From Bdellovibrionales bacterium (GTDB lineage: Bacteria > Bdellovibrionota > Bdellovibrionia > Bdellovibrionales > UBA1609): 64,000 nt of DNA. Shown in pieces: positions 1 to 9,877 of this stretch. The stretch spans positions 2,016,001 through 2,080,000 of the forward strand of contig CBDCMT010000001.1 in assembly GCA_965219095.1 (NCBI GenBank). Reading direction: 5' to 3'. Made by a program: the position numbers and the translations under genes. The notes below the pieces were generated by a model that saw nothing but the letters and a program-made list of their open reading frames with translations, was not told where the DNA came from and did not search any database. Positions within the stretch are counted from its first letter, which is position 1. Each line of letters opens with the position of its first letter.

Positions 1-3000
1 CCTTACCTAGCCGTATTGCAACTCTTTTAGGTATGACTTTAAAAGATGTAGAGAGAGTTCTTTACTGTGAATCTTATGTTGTGATTGATCCTATGGATAC
101 AGATTTAAAAGAAAGCTCTATTTTATCAGAAGAAGCTCATCAAACAGCTCGTGAGGAGTATGGTCCTAACTTCAAGTCAGGTATGGGTGGTAATGCTATT
201 TTGGATCTTTTGAAAAAAGTTGATGTAGACTATTTGACACGTAAACTTCGTATTGATTTGAAGGAGACAAAATCAGAAAGTAATGCTAAGAAAATTGTTA
301 AAAGACTTAAAATTTGTAATCAGCTCAAGACTTCAAAAAACAAGCCTGAGTGGATGATGTTACAGGCTTTACCTGTGATTCCTCCTGATTTAAGGCCTTT
401 AGTCCCTTTAGATGGTGGTCGTTTTGCCACCTCAGATCTTAATGATCTTTATCAAAGGGTTCTGAATCGAAACAATCGTCTCAAACGTCTTTATGAACTC
501 AGTGCACCTGAGGTAATCATTCGTAATGAAAAACGTATGCTTCAAGAGGCTGTGGATGCACTTTTAGATAATGGTCGTCGTGGAAAAACTTTTACGGGAC
601 CTAACCGTCGTCCTCTTCGTTCTTTAAGTGATATGTTGAAAGGAAAACAAGGTCGATTCCGTTACAATCTGTTAGGAAAACGTGTTGATTATTCAGGTCG
701 TTCTGTCATTGTTGTAGGACCTGATTTAAGATTACACCAATGTGGTATTCCTAAAAAAATGGCACTAGAACTCTTTAAACCCTTTATTTATAATAAATTA
801 GAACAGAAAGGTTTTTCTACAACAATCAAACAAGCTCGTCTTTTAGTTGAAGATGAGGCTATGGAAGTTTGGGACATTTTATCAGAAGTGGTCAAAGAAC
901 ACCCTGTTTTATTAAATCGTGCTCCCACACTTCATAGACTTGGAATTCAAGCCTTCGAGCCTGTTTTACATGAAGGAAAAGCTATTTTGTTACATCCTCT
1001 TGTGTGTACAGCTTTCAATGCTGACTTTGATGGTGATCAAATGGCAGTTCACATACCTTTATCTTTAGAAGCTCAAATTGAAGCTCGCATACTTATGATG
1101 TCTACAAATAACATTTTGAGTCCCGCTAATGGAAAGCCAATCATTAATCCTACACAGGATATTGTTTTAGGAACTTATTGGATGACAAGACTTCGGCCAG
1201 GGGCTAGGGGTACGGGAAAAAAATTCTCATCTGTTGAAGAAGTGATCTATGCTTTTGAGCAAGGAGTTGTGGACCTACAAGCTGAAGTAGAAGTAAAAAT
1301 TAAAAGAAGAAGAGAAAAAACAACAGTAGGACGTGCGATTTTAAGTGATATTCTTCCTCAAGGAGTTGATTTTTCTTTAGTGAATCGCATTATGGATAAA
1401 AAATCTTTGGCCAAGCTTATTGATTATTCTTTTAGAAATGCAGGAGGAAAAGCCACTGTGAAGTTAGCTGATAGACTTATGGAATTAGGATTTCGTTACT
1501 CCACAAAAGCAGGTATTTCTATCTGCCTAGATGATCTTGTGATGCCTAAAAATAAAGGAGAGCTACTTCAAAAAGCTTCTAAAGAGGTAGATGAAGTCCG
1601 TGGTCAATACGATGAAGGTTTGATCACAGAAGGTGAGTGTTATAATAAAGTTGTGGATATTTGGGCTCGTGCTACAGACAAAGTCACAAAAGGACTTTTA
1701 AATCAATTAGAAAAAGAAACTTTTATTGTTGAAGGAAAGAAAGTTGAAGGAAGTAGTTTCAATCCTATTTATATTATGGCTGACTCGGGAGCAAGAGGTT
1801 CTTCTAATCAAATTCGACAGCTAGCAGGGATGAGGGGACTTATGGCAAAACCTTCTGGAGAGATCATTGAAACTCCTATTACAGCTAATTTTCGCGAAGG
1901 ACTTTCTGTTCTTCAGTACTTTATTTCTACTCATGGGGCTCGTAAGGGTTCGGCTGATACGGCTTTAAAAACAGCTAATGCAGGTTATTTGACAAGAAGG
2001 CTTGTTGATGTAGCTCAAGATATTGTTGTTACAGAAGAAGATTGTGGTACTCAGGATGGTATGCGTACAACTTCTCTTATGGAATCCGGTGAAGTCATAG
2101 AGCCTTTAGGAGAAAGAATCTTAGGAAGAACAGCTGCTGAAGATATTCTTCACCCTCAGAGTAATGAAGTAATTGTGAAACGAGATGAAGAGATTGGTGA
2201 AACTGTTGTTGAGGTCATTAATGAAGTTCAATTGGATTCTGTAAAAATCCGTTCTACTTTGACATGTGAAACTCGTTATGGAGTATGTGCTAAATGTTAT
2301 GGTCGTGATTTAGCCCGCGGAGCTACAGTGAATTTAGGGGAAACTGTGGGAGTTATGGCGGCTCAGTCTATTGGAGAACCAGGAACACAATTGACTATGA
2401 GGACATTTCATTTAGGAGGTACGGCCTCTCGAACGATTGAACAATCTGTAAGTATAGCTCACCATGAAGGAATCGTTCGACTTGAAGGTCTTTCTACAGT
2501 TGAAAATAAAGACGGTAAGTTAATAGCTATGAATCGCAATGGTGATATAGTGATCTACACTCATGATGGTAGAGAAAAAGAAAGAATCAAATCAGTTACT
2601 TATGGAGCTATTTTATCGAAAAGAGATGGGGATAAAGTTGTCAAGGGAGAACAGATTCTTGAATGGGATCCTTATTCTAATCCCATTGTAGCAGAAGTTT
2701 CAGGAACGGCAACTTTTGTTGATATTGAGGAAGGTGTTACTATGGTGCAGCAAGTAGATCCTATGACAGGATTTTCAACGCGTGTGATCATTCAACGTAA
2801 AAAAGGAGAGAAAAAGCCTTATGTTGTACTTAGAAATACAGATGGTGAAGTAATTAATATTCCAGGTAAAAATTTACCAGCTCAGTATTTAATTCCTATA
2901 GGAGCTCAACTTCTTGTCACTGAAGGACAGGAAATTCACGCAGGGGATGTGATTGCTAAAATTCATAGAGAGACTTCAAAAACAAGAGATATTACAGGAG

Positions 3001-3821
3001 GCCTTCCTCGTGTTGCTGAACTCTTTGAAGCACGAATTCCTAAGGAATGTTCTGTTGTCTCTGAAATCGATGGTGTTGTGACTTTTGGTAAAGATATTAA
3101 GACAAAACAAAGAGTGATTGTGACTCCAGAAATAGGTGACTCTAAAGAGTATTTGATTCCAAGTGGAAAACATTTATCGGTAAGAGAAGGTGAGTTTATT
3201 AGAGCTGGGGATGCTCTTGTGGATGGGCCTACGAACCCTCATGATCTTTTGAAAATCTTAGGGGGAAAAGTTTTAGCTTCTTACTTAGTCAATGAAATTC
3301 AAGAGGTATATAGACTTCAGGGGGTTTCTATCAATGACAAGCATATTGAGTTGATTGTAAGACAAATGTTAAGAAAAGTTGAAGTCATCAGTGCAGGAGA
3401 TACAAGTTTTCTTCCTGGAGAACAAGTAAATAAGTTCACTTTCATAGACGAGAATGAAGTTGTTATTAAAGCGGGTCAGACTCCAGCAAAAGCTATTCCC
3501 ATCTTTTTAGGCATTACAAGAGTATCTTTAAGTACGGAGAGTTGGATTTCTGCAGCTTCTTTTCAAGAAACTACAAAGGTGCTTACAGAGGCCGCTTTAT
3601 CCTCTCGTGTTGATAAACTTAGAGGTTTGAAAGAAAATATTATTATGGGAAGGCTTATCCCTGCAGGTACAGGCCTTAAATGTTATAGGCAGTGGGGTAT
3701 TGATGTGGCTCATAGTGATGAACAAGATATTTCTCATGAGCTTCCTGGCTTTCCTGCTCAAGTAAGTTCAGAGACAGGGAGTACAAGTTATGGAATAGGA
3801 GGAAATATCTCACGATCTTAA
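1..3821 (+). CDS. rpoC: DNA-directed RNA polymerase beta' subunit (5' end lies outside the window)
   Basis: NADFDGD catalytic motif, [33 protein letters not shown]. Frame is open from the window edge; the ORF track's start at 33 is an internal Met. Confidence 0.99.
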   Translation, partial: LPSRIATLLGMTLKDVERVLYCESYVVIDPMDTDLKESSILSEEAHQTAREEYGPNFKSGMGGNAILDLLKKVDVDYLTRKLRIDLKETKSESNAKKIVKRLKICNQLKTSKNKPEWMMLQALPVIPPDLRPLVPLDGGRFATSDLNDLYQRVLNRNNRLKRLYELSAPEVIIRNEKRMLQEAVDALLDNGRRGKTFTGPNRRPLRSLSDMLKGKQGRFRYNLLGKRVDYSGRSVIVVGPDLRLHQCGIPKKMALELFKPFIYNKLEQKGFSTTIKQARLLVEDEAMEVWDILSEVVKEHPVLLNRAPTLHRLGIQAFEPVLHEGKAILLHPLVCTAFNADFDGDQMAVHIPLSLEAQIEARILMMSTNNILSPANGKPIINPTQDIVLGTYWMTRLRPGARGTGKKFSSVEEVIYAFEQGVVDLQAEVEVKIKRRREKTTVGRAILSDILPQGVDFSLVNRIMDKKSLAKLIDYSFRNAGGKATVKLADRLMELGFRYSTKAGISICLDDLVMPKNKGELLQKASKEVDEVRGQYDEGLITEGECYNKVVDIWARATDKVTKGLLNQLEKETFIVEGKKVEGSSFNPIYIMADSGARGSSNQIRQLAGMRGLMAKPSGEIIETPITANFREGLSVLQYFISTHGARKGSADTALKTANAGYLTRRLVDVAQDIVVTEEDCGTQDGMRTTSLMESGEVIEPLGERILGRTAAEDILHPQSNEVIVKRDEEIGETVVEVINEVQLDSVKIRSTLTCETRYGVCAKCYGRDLARGATVNLGETVGVMAAQSIGEPGTQLTMRTFHLGGTASRTIEQSVSIAHHEGIVRLEGLSTVENKDGKLIAMNRNGDIVIYTHDGREKERIKSVTYGAILSKRDGDKVVKGEQILEWDPYSNPIVAEVSGTATFVDIEEGVTMVQQVDPMTGFSTRVIIQRKKGEKKPYVVLRNTDGEVINIPGKNLPAQYLIPIGAQLLVTEGQEIHAGDVIAKIHRETSKTRDITGGLPRVAELFEARIPKECSVVSEIDGVVTFGKDIKTKQRVIVTPEIGDSKEYLIPSGKHLSVREGEFIRAGDALVDGPTNPHDLLKILGGKVLASYLVNEIQEVYRLQGVSINDKHIELIVRQMLRKVEVISAGDTSFLPGEQVNKFTFIDENEVVIKAGQTPAKAIPIFLGITRVSLSTESWISAASFQETTKVLTEAALSSRVDKLRGLKENIIMGRLIPAGTGLKCYRQWGIDVAHSDEQDISHELPGFPAQVSSETGSTSYGIGGNISRS

Positions 3822-3909
3822 AAAGCTCTTGCCCTAGAGATTAAAAAGAGATAATTTGTGGTTTATGAGGATAAAAGGAAGGACTGATTATGATGGAGAA
3901 AAAAACTAA

Positions 3910-4284
3910 ATGCCAACGATCAATCAATTGATACGTAAACAAAGAGCCTTACAAAAAGATGCTTCTAAGTCTCCTGCTCTTAAAAAGTGTCCTCAAAAAC
4001 GAGGTGTTTGTACTAGAGTTTTCACTACAACCCCTAAGAAACCTAATTCAGCTCTTAGAAAAGTATGTCGTGTAAGACTTTCTAATGGCTTTGAAGTGAA
4101 TTCTTATATTCCTGGAATCGGTCACAATTTACAAGAACATAGTGTTGTTCTTATAAGAGGGGGAAGAGTGAAGGATCTTCCAGGTGTACGTTATCATACT
4201 GTAAGGGGAGTTTTAGATACTCAAGGAGTTAACAACCGTAAAACAAGTCGTTCTAAATATGGAACAAAAAAACCAAAAAAATAA
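3910..4284 (+). CDS. rpsL: 30S ribosomal protein S12
   Basis: [30 protein letters not shown]. Confidence 0.99.
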   Translation: MPTINQLIRKQRALQKDASKSPALKKCPQKRGVCTRVFTTTPKKPNSALRKVCRVRLSNGFEVNSYIPGIGHNLQEHSVVLIRGGRVKDLPGVRYHTVRGVLDTQGVNNRKTSRSKYGTKKPKK

Positions 4285-4294
4285 GGGATAAAGA

Positions 4295-4768
4295 ATGTCT
4301 AGAAGAAAAAAAACTTATAAAAGAGAAGTAGACTTGGATCCTGTTTATCAAGATTTAACAGCAGCTAAGTTTATTAATAAAGTTATGAAATGGGGCAAGA
4401 AAGTCAAGGCTCAAAATATATTTTATAATTCTCTTGAAATTTTAAAAGAAAAAAATAGCGATGATACACCTTTAGCAATTTTTAAAAAAGCTGTAGAAAA
4501 TTGTAAACCGGCTTTAGAAGTTCGTTCCCGTCGTGTGGGAGGGGCTATTTATCAAGTTCCTGTGGATGTGAGGTCTTCTCGTAAGTTAACTTTAGCTTTA
4601 CGTTGGATTGTAGCAAGTGCACGTAGACGTAAAGGTAAAACTATGTCTAAAAGTTTAGCGTCAGAACTCTTAGAAGCTTACAAGGGTCAAGGTAATGCTG
4701 TTAAGAAAAAAGAAGAAATTCATCGTATGGCAGAGGCTAACAAGGCTTTTTCTCATTATAATTGGTAA
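4295..4768 (+). CDS. rpsG: 30S ribosomal protein S7
   Basis: EVRSRRVGGAIYQVP, HRMAEANKAFSHY; follows rpsL. Confidence 0.99.
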   Translation: MSRRKKTYKREVDLDPVYQDLTAAKFINKVMKWGKKVKAQNIFYNSLEILKEKNSDDTPLAIFKKAVENCKPALEVRSRRVGGAIYQVPVDVRSSRKLTLALRWIVASARRRKGKTMSKSLASELLEAYKGQGNAVKKKEEIHRMAEANKAFSHYNW

Positions 4769-4772
4769 CAGA

Positions 4773-4847
4773 GCCCGTATGGCTCAGGGGTAGAGCACAC
4801 CCTTGGTAAGGGTGAGGTCGTGAGTTCAAGTCTCACTATGGGCTCCA
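4773..4847 (+). tRNA. tRNA-Thr (anticodon GGT)
   Basis: Acceptor stem GCCCGTA/TATGGGC, D arm GCTC..GAGC, anticodon arm CACCC-TTGGTAA-GGGTG, T loop GTTCAAG, encoded CCA; 75 nt. Confidence 0.97.
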
Positions 4848-4854
4848 TTCATAC

Positions 4855-4873
4855 ATAGTCGAATGTGAAAAAT
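4855..4873. repeat. IS5-family terminal inverted repeat (partner at 12940-12958)
   Basis: ATAGTCGAATGTGAAAAAT is the exact reverse complement of 12940-12958; related copies at about 55880-55930. Confidence 0.8.
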
Positions 4874-4901
4874 TGACAAAAGCCTAGGATTTTTATGCTG
4901 T

Positions 4902-5410
4902 ATGATCATTTACATAGGTTTCAGTCTCAAAAGACAGTTTGACGAAGCAAAAATAGCCTGTGATGTCATAGCTCCTTCCATGATTCCAGAGATTTCATCG
5001 GATCGAGTCAAAACAGATCGATTAGATAGCAAGAGACTGGCTATTTATTATAAGAAAGGTCTTTTAACCATAGTCCATGTTCCGAATACAGAAGAAGAAA
5101 CACACCGTCGTCTTGTACGTTCAAGATACTCTTTAATAGAGAGAAGCAGTTCTTTAAAAAAAGAGATTTTATTCCACTGTAGACTCTATGGTTATAACTA
5201 CAAACTGGAAACAAAGGGGAAGAGCTACTGGACTCAAATGCATACGAGATGGCTTCAACAGATGGTTTCAGATGAAAAAAAAGATTTCTTTTTTAGAAAA
5301 GTTTTAGAGAATTATTTGTTTCTTTTAGAAAGTTTTTCTACATCTATAGAAAATTTAGAAACAGAGATTCATAAGCTCATTCAGACAGAAAAATATAAAA
5401 AAAAGGTATT
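4902..5410 (+). pseudogene. IS110-family transposase fragment
   Basis: GFSL...CDVIAPSMIP...DRVKTDRLDS is typical of the IS110 DEDD N-terminal domain; truncated at both ends, cut by IS3 at 5411. Confidence 0.85.
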
Positions 5411-6661
5411 TGATCTTCCCCCAAAAAAGTGGACAGTTTTTATGTTCTTAAAGCCCTCCTTTGTTTAAATTCTTTTGGGCTCATGTATTTCAAGGAAGAA
5501 TGCATTCTTACCTTGTTATACCAATCCATGTAAATTGCAATTTTTTTTTCCAACTCTTCCTTTGTTGTACAGTCTTTGTATTCCAGTTCATCCTTCAACG
5601 TATGGAAAAAGCTCTCCACAAACGCATTATCATAACAATTTCCTTTCCTAGACATAGATTGCTTGAGGCCAAAGAATTTCAATTCTTTTCTAAACCCTTC
5701 ACAACAATATTGAACCCCTTGATCCGAGTGGATTATCAAGCCCTCTAAGTTCCCAGAAACAGATTGGACTGCGGCTCTCAGAGCCTGTTTTGAATGAACC
5801 CCGTCCAAGCTCTCACAGAGCTTCCAAGACTTAATCTCTCGATTATAGACATCTAAAAATACAACCAAATACAGAAATTTATCTCTAAAAGGAATATAGG
5901 TTAAATCCGAACACCATACCTGGTTTTCTTTTCCTGCTTGGCTCTGTCCTGTCTTAAACAACCGAGGAGACTTAATCATGAGAGGGTTATTCTTTGTTGT
6001 TCTAGGAACATAGGGTTTTTTCTGACGGGCACTGAGATTCTTTAGTTTCATAATTCGAGCTACTTTGTTTTCTCCAGCACTCACTCCGCAACGCTTTAAT
6101 TCCCTATACACCCTGGGGGAACCATAACAGCCTTTATTTTTTTTAAAAATAGATTCTATGTTTTTCTCCAGATTTTTATCCTTTTCAAGCTTTCCCCTGG
6201 TTTTTAAAAAACTATAAAAACCAGAACGAGATCCTCTTAATAATTCGCAAATGCGAAGCACTGGATGCCCTTTCTCTTTTACATAAAACATAGCCTTAAA
6301 TCTCATTTCAGGATTTCCTTTGAAAAAAAAGCCGCTGCCTCTTTCAATATACCTACACTCCGCCTCTCATAGACCAGCTCCTTTTTTAACCTCTTTATTT
6401 CCTCCAATGCCGAAGCCAAGTCATGGGAAGCTTGTCTTTCTACTTCAGGCTTTAGAAAACGCTTCCAAGAGCTTATCACTTGGAAATTTCTCAGTCCTAG
6501 CTTCTCTGAGGCTTCCTTTGCACCTATTTCCTCTGCCAATTCAATGGCTTGCTTTTTAAACTCTTCCGAGTACTGTTTTACTTTTTCCATTCTTTCTTTT
6601 ACCTCCATTTTATGGAGACTTTAAGAGAAAATTGACTGTCCGCAAAAACAGGGGAAGTTCA
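5411..6661 (-). mobile_element. IS3-family element; orfA 6303-6608 (HTH), orfB 5440-6306 (DDE)
   Basis: TG...CA ends with imperfect IRs (TGATCTTCCCC/GGGGAAGTTCA); YGSPR, WCSDLTY, HSDQG, GNCYDNAFVESFF; orfA/orfB overlap ATGA; no target duplication. Confidence 0.95.
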
Positions 6662-7170
6662 CTCTATAAAACGAAAACACCTATCACAGCAGCTGACCTT
6701 CTCAATGATAGAGTGTTCCCTTTCTTTGAAGACCATGATGTGCCCCTGCTTCGTATGTTAACAGATAGAGGTACAGAGTTCTGTGGAGTTCAAGATCGTC
6801 ACGATTATGAGCTTTATTTGGCTATCAATGATATAGAGCACACAAAAACAAAGGCAAGACATCCTCAAACCAATGGCATCTGTGAAAGATTTCATAGAAC
6901 AATTTTAGAGGAGTTTTATCAAGTGGAGTTTAGAAAAAAAGTGTACAAAAGCATAGAAGAGTTGCAGTCTGACCTTGACTTGTGGCTTGTAAAATATAAT
7001 GAAAGGAGAACTCATCAGGGAAAAATGTGTTGTGGTCGAACACCTATGGAAACTTTCCTTGACGGAAAACAAAAAGTAAGGCAAAAGATGATTGAACAGA
7101 ACGAAAACTGACAGACAGTTTTTTATCAACCCAGAAAGGGTAACTGTCAGATCATATAACGTCTATTACA
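6662..7170 (+). pseudogene. IS481-family transposase, 3' half with right end
   Basis: LTDRGTEFCG, HPQTNGICERFH, YNERRTHQG; ends ...ACTGTCAGATC...TATTACA; 5' part missing. Confidence 0.88.
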
Positions 7171-7595
7171 TTTTAACACTCCAATCACTGACCTCCACAA
7201 CAGAACGTTTTTTCAACATCAACTTGTCAAATAAGGGAATCAATTTGTTCTCCATATTTAATTTGATGTTTGTAATAAGCTTAACTCCCTTCTTTAAAAG
7301 CTTTTTTAAAAGGTCTGATGAAATATAACCTCTGTCCCAAAAGAGTTTTCCCATCAGCCCTTTACTATAAATCCATAACTTAGCTTTCGATCATCTACAT
7401 TTCCCGGAGTTAAGGTAAAACTTAAAAGTTCTCCTAGGTGATTGATAACAATATGGAGTTTAAATCCGAAGAACCAGCCCATACTACTTTTGTCTCTTTT
7501 TAGCTAACTTTTAGAACACCTTATTTCGTCCTATTCTTTTATTTTTGAAGAAAAATCGATGTGGAATCAATAAATGATATGCCGGTGGTTTTACT
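7171..7595 (-). pseudogene. IS982-family transposase fragment, degraded
   Basis: Manual translation: TGISFIDST, KSSMGWFFGFKLH, TPGNVDDR, GKLFWDRGYIS, with stops and frameshifts. Confidence 0.85.
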
Positions 7596-7716
7596 GTAAG
7601 TCGGTTTCTTAACAGCCCTTGACTTCTGTGGAGAGGATGTTTCTTAGATTTTAACGGGGTTTTTTTGAAAGAAGTGTAGTCAGTATAAGTTAGGAGCGGT
7701 TTAAAAACCGAGTTAC
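7596..7716. mobile_element. 121-bp IS66-derived miniature element
   Basis: Ends GTAAGTCGGTTT / AAACCGAGTTAC match the ends of the IS66 at 20950-26466; no coding content. Confidence 0.75.
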
Positions 7717-7733
7717 ACAAAACTGAACAAGGA

Positions 7734-8207
7734 ATGTACATAGGACTGATTCCTCGTGCTAAAAAGAAAATACCAGATATTTTTGACCAACTTTTGGTAA
7801 AGACGATGTTTAAAAAGCATATTATCTATCCTATGAATGAAGCAGGGATTACAAATCAATGGTTGGATTTCAAGACAATGCAGGAAAGAGTTGACAGTAT
7901 GGATACTATGCCAGGAAGTAAAACATTTATTGAAAGAATGAAAGAACTTAAAGAAGACGTCAATACAGCATTTGACTTGGAAGCTTTAGGAAAGAGTCCT
8001 TTGACTTTGTTGGAAGTTTTAGCTGTAGCTCGTGCCCAAGGAGCAATAGGAGCGGTAAAAGACAAAAGCAACAGATCAGGGGCTCTGACTAACTATATGA
8101 AGGATCTCATTTTAGAAAGTGGTTTAGATGAACATGAACCTGCATTAGTGCTAAAAAATAAACATAGGCGTTTAAGAAGAGACTATTTCTATAATGGCCC
8201 CCGATAA
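7734..8207 (+). CDS. Hypothetical protein, probably the 3' remnant of a larger gene
   Basis: 157-aa ORF with protein-like composition starting right after the mini element; no recognisable motif. Confidence 0.45.
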   Translation: MYIGLIPRAKKKIPDIFDQLLVKTMFKKHIIYPMNEAGITNQWLDFKTMQERVDSMDTMPGSKTFIERMKELKEDVNTAFDLEALGKSPLTLLEVLAVARAQGAIGAVKDKSNRSGALTNYMKDLILESGLDEHEPALVLKNKHRRLRRDYFYNGPR

Positions 8208-8440
8208 CACTCGAAAGGTTTTTTAGCTCCTTAGACATTAGAGCTTTATCAGGAAAAATCGCTTGATAATAATAATGTCATCTTGTATTAATTGCAATTT
8301 AATCTGACATAGTTTTTGTAATGTCAAAGAGTTAAAAAAAGATTATCCGCTCTAAAAAAACAAAGCCTCAGATTTCAAATGTAGACTATGGTCCAGTTTT
8401 CTTAAAACAACATTTATATTTTATAAACACGAGAGCTTTC

Positions 8441-9147
8441 TTAGGTGACAAGAAGAGTTTTTTTCGTTATTTTTGAGATTGAAAAAGAACACTTCATAAT
8501 CTGGTTTTCATCATAAGAATAGGTGACTTTAATTCCCTGTCCTGCTGGGCGATCAGGAGGTAACACCAAATCTCCCTCCCAAATCACTTTAACAAACTTA
8601 GGATCTTTCTCCTCAGAGCTACTTTGCGTAACTTTACAACTGATATTTATTTGATTGTCTCTTATTGTGGAATAAATATCTGCCTTTGAACAAGGTATCT
8701 TAGCACCTTTTCTTATTATAATACAATTTTTTAAAGCTATCTCTCCAGTTTCTACCTCTCTGTCCACAGCTATAGTTCCAAAAAAATGATTAGTAATTTC
8801 TTGGATTTTTACTTTTGAGAGTGAAGATTGTTGAACAACATTTAAATTTCTTCCATCTGTTTTATAGCCGCAATAAACGCTAGCTCCTAAGGCCACGACC
8901 TCATCGGGATTATGAAGAGATTTTGGTTTTTTATGAAAAACTTTTTCTACACTTTTTTGAACAAAAGGGATTCTTGTGGATCCTCCCACAAGAAAAACAT
9001 CCTTAATGTCAGACAGCTTTAAATTAGCTTGATCAATTACGCTTTCACAAAGAATTTCTGTTTGTACTACTAAAGTTGAAATTGATTCTTCAAACTCACT
9101 TCTTGCAACAGAAACCTCAGCTTTATCTGCCCCTCTCCCTATACATA
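8441..9147 (-). pseudogene. Hsp70-family protein fragment (divergent, not canonical DnaK)
   Basis: VFLVGGSTRIPFVQ, NPDEVVALGA, YSTIRDNQ, VTYSYDENQI; frame is open upstream to an IS630 end at 9148. Confidence 0.85.
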
Positions 9148-9181
9148 TAGTGCTTCCGTTTAGGTTTTCAGTCTTTTCTCC

Positions 9182-9223
9182 TTAAGAAAAAGCTTAAAAA
9201 TACTTTCTTAAGCTTTTTCTTAA
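9182..9223. terminator. Hairpin downstream of the small ORF (possible terminator)
   Basis: 16-bp perfect IR TTAAGAAAAAGCTTAA / TTAAGCTTTTTCTTAA. Confidence 0.55.
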
Positions 9224-9233
9224 ATTTCTTCAA

Positions 9234-9395
9234 TTATTGTTCCCCTTTAGAAGACTCAGGCAGTGCTGTATTATGATTGTGATCAGGATTCGTCTTATCT
9301 TCTAAATGATGGCTTCTAGGGGTATGATTGCACTCTTCAGCCATTACTGCAGTTCCACTAAGGAAAATTGCTATGACAAGAAATAATTTTTTCAT
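9234..9395 (-). CDS. Small secreted His-rich peptide, 53 aa (absent from the ORF track)
   Basis: MKKLFLVIAIFLSGTAVMA-EECNHTPRSHHLEDKTNPDHNHNTALPESSKGEQ; RBS AGGAGG 5 nt before ATG; Sec signal; downstream hairpin. Confidence 0.7.
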   Translation of the reverse strand: MKKLFLVIAIFLSGTAVMAEECNHTPRSHHLEDKTNPDHNHNTALPESSKGEQ

Positions 9396-9636
9396 ATTGA
9401 CCTCCTCTCCTTTTTTATTCTCTACCCTTTTTACTGCAATAAAAGGTCCACTAGTAAAAAACTCTTTAATTTTAAGTAGTTATGAAAAAGAGCTTATAAG
9501 CCTTAAAAAGAAGGGGAGTAAAAAGCTTTTAAGTGTCTAAATTTTAAACATCTGTTTAACAGTTCTGGCTCATCGAACCAGCCATGCTCGGTATGACTGA
9601 AGGTTTTAGAGGTTTGAAGTAAAGCAATTTTCATCT

Positions 9637-9718
9637 GATCTTCCCCTGTTTTCGCTGACAGTCAATTTTCTCTTAAAGTCTACGTGAAATGGAAGCAAAA
9701 GAAGAAATGGAAAAAGTT
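9637..9718 (+). mobile_element. Decayed left end of the IS3 element
   Basis: Similar to the reverse complement of 6580-6661; further end fragments at about 33233 and 62592. Confidence 0.65.
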
Positions 9719-9877
9719 AATTTATTTCATTATTCTATTTTATTGTACAATTTTATTGAAATTATATCATTTTAGAAAACAAACAGGGTGTGCTAGAAAG
9801 ATTCTAGAGGAGAAAAAACTTGAATTTTAAAAAGACCTGGACGACCTTTTTTTTTCATCATACTTCGAACCAAAAAC

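Noticed and set aside
4902..5410. IS110 bridge-RNA system
   Set aside because: Only an internal transposase fragment remains; the non-coding ends are gone.
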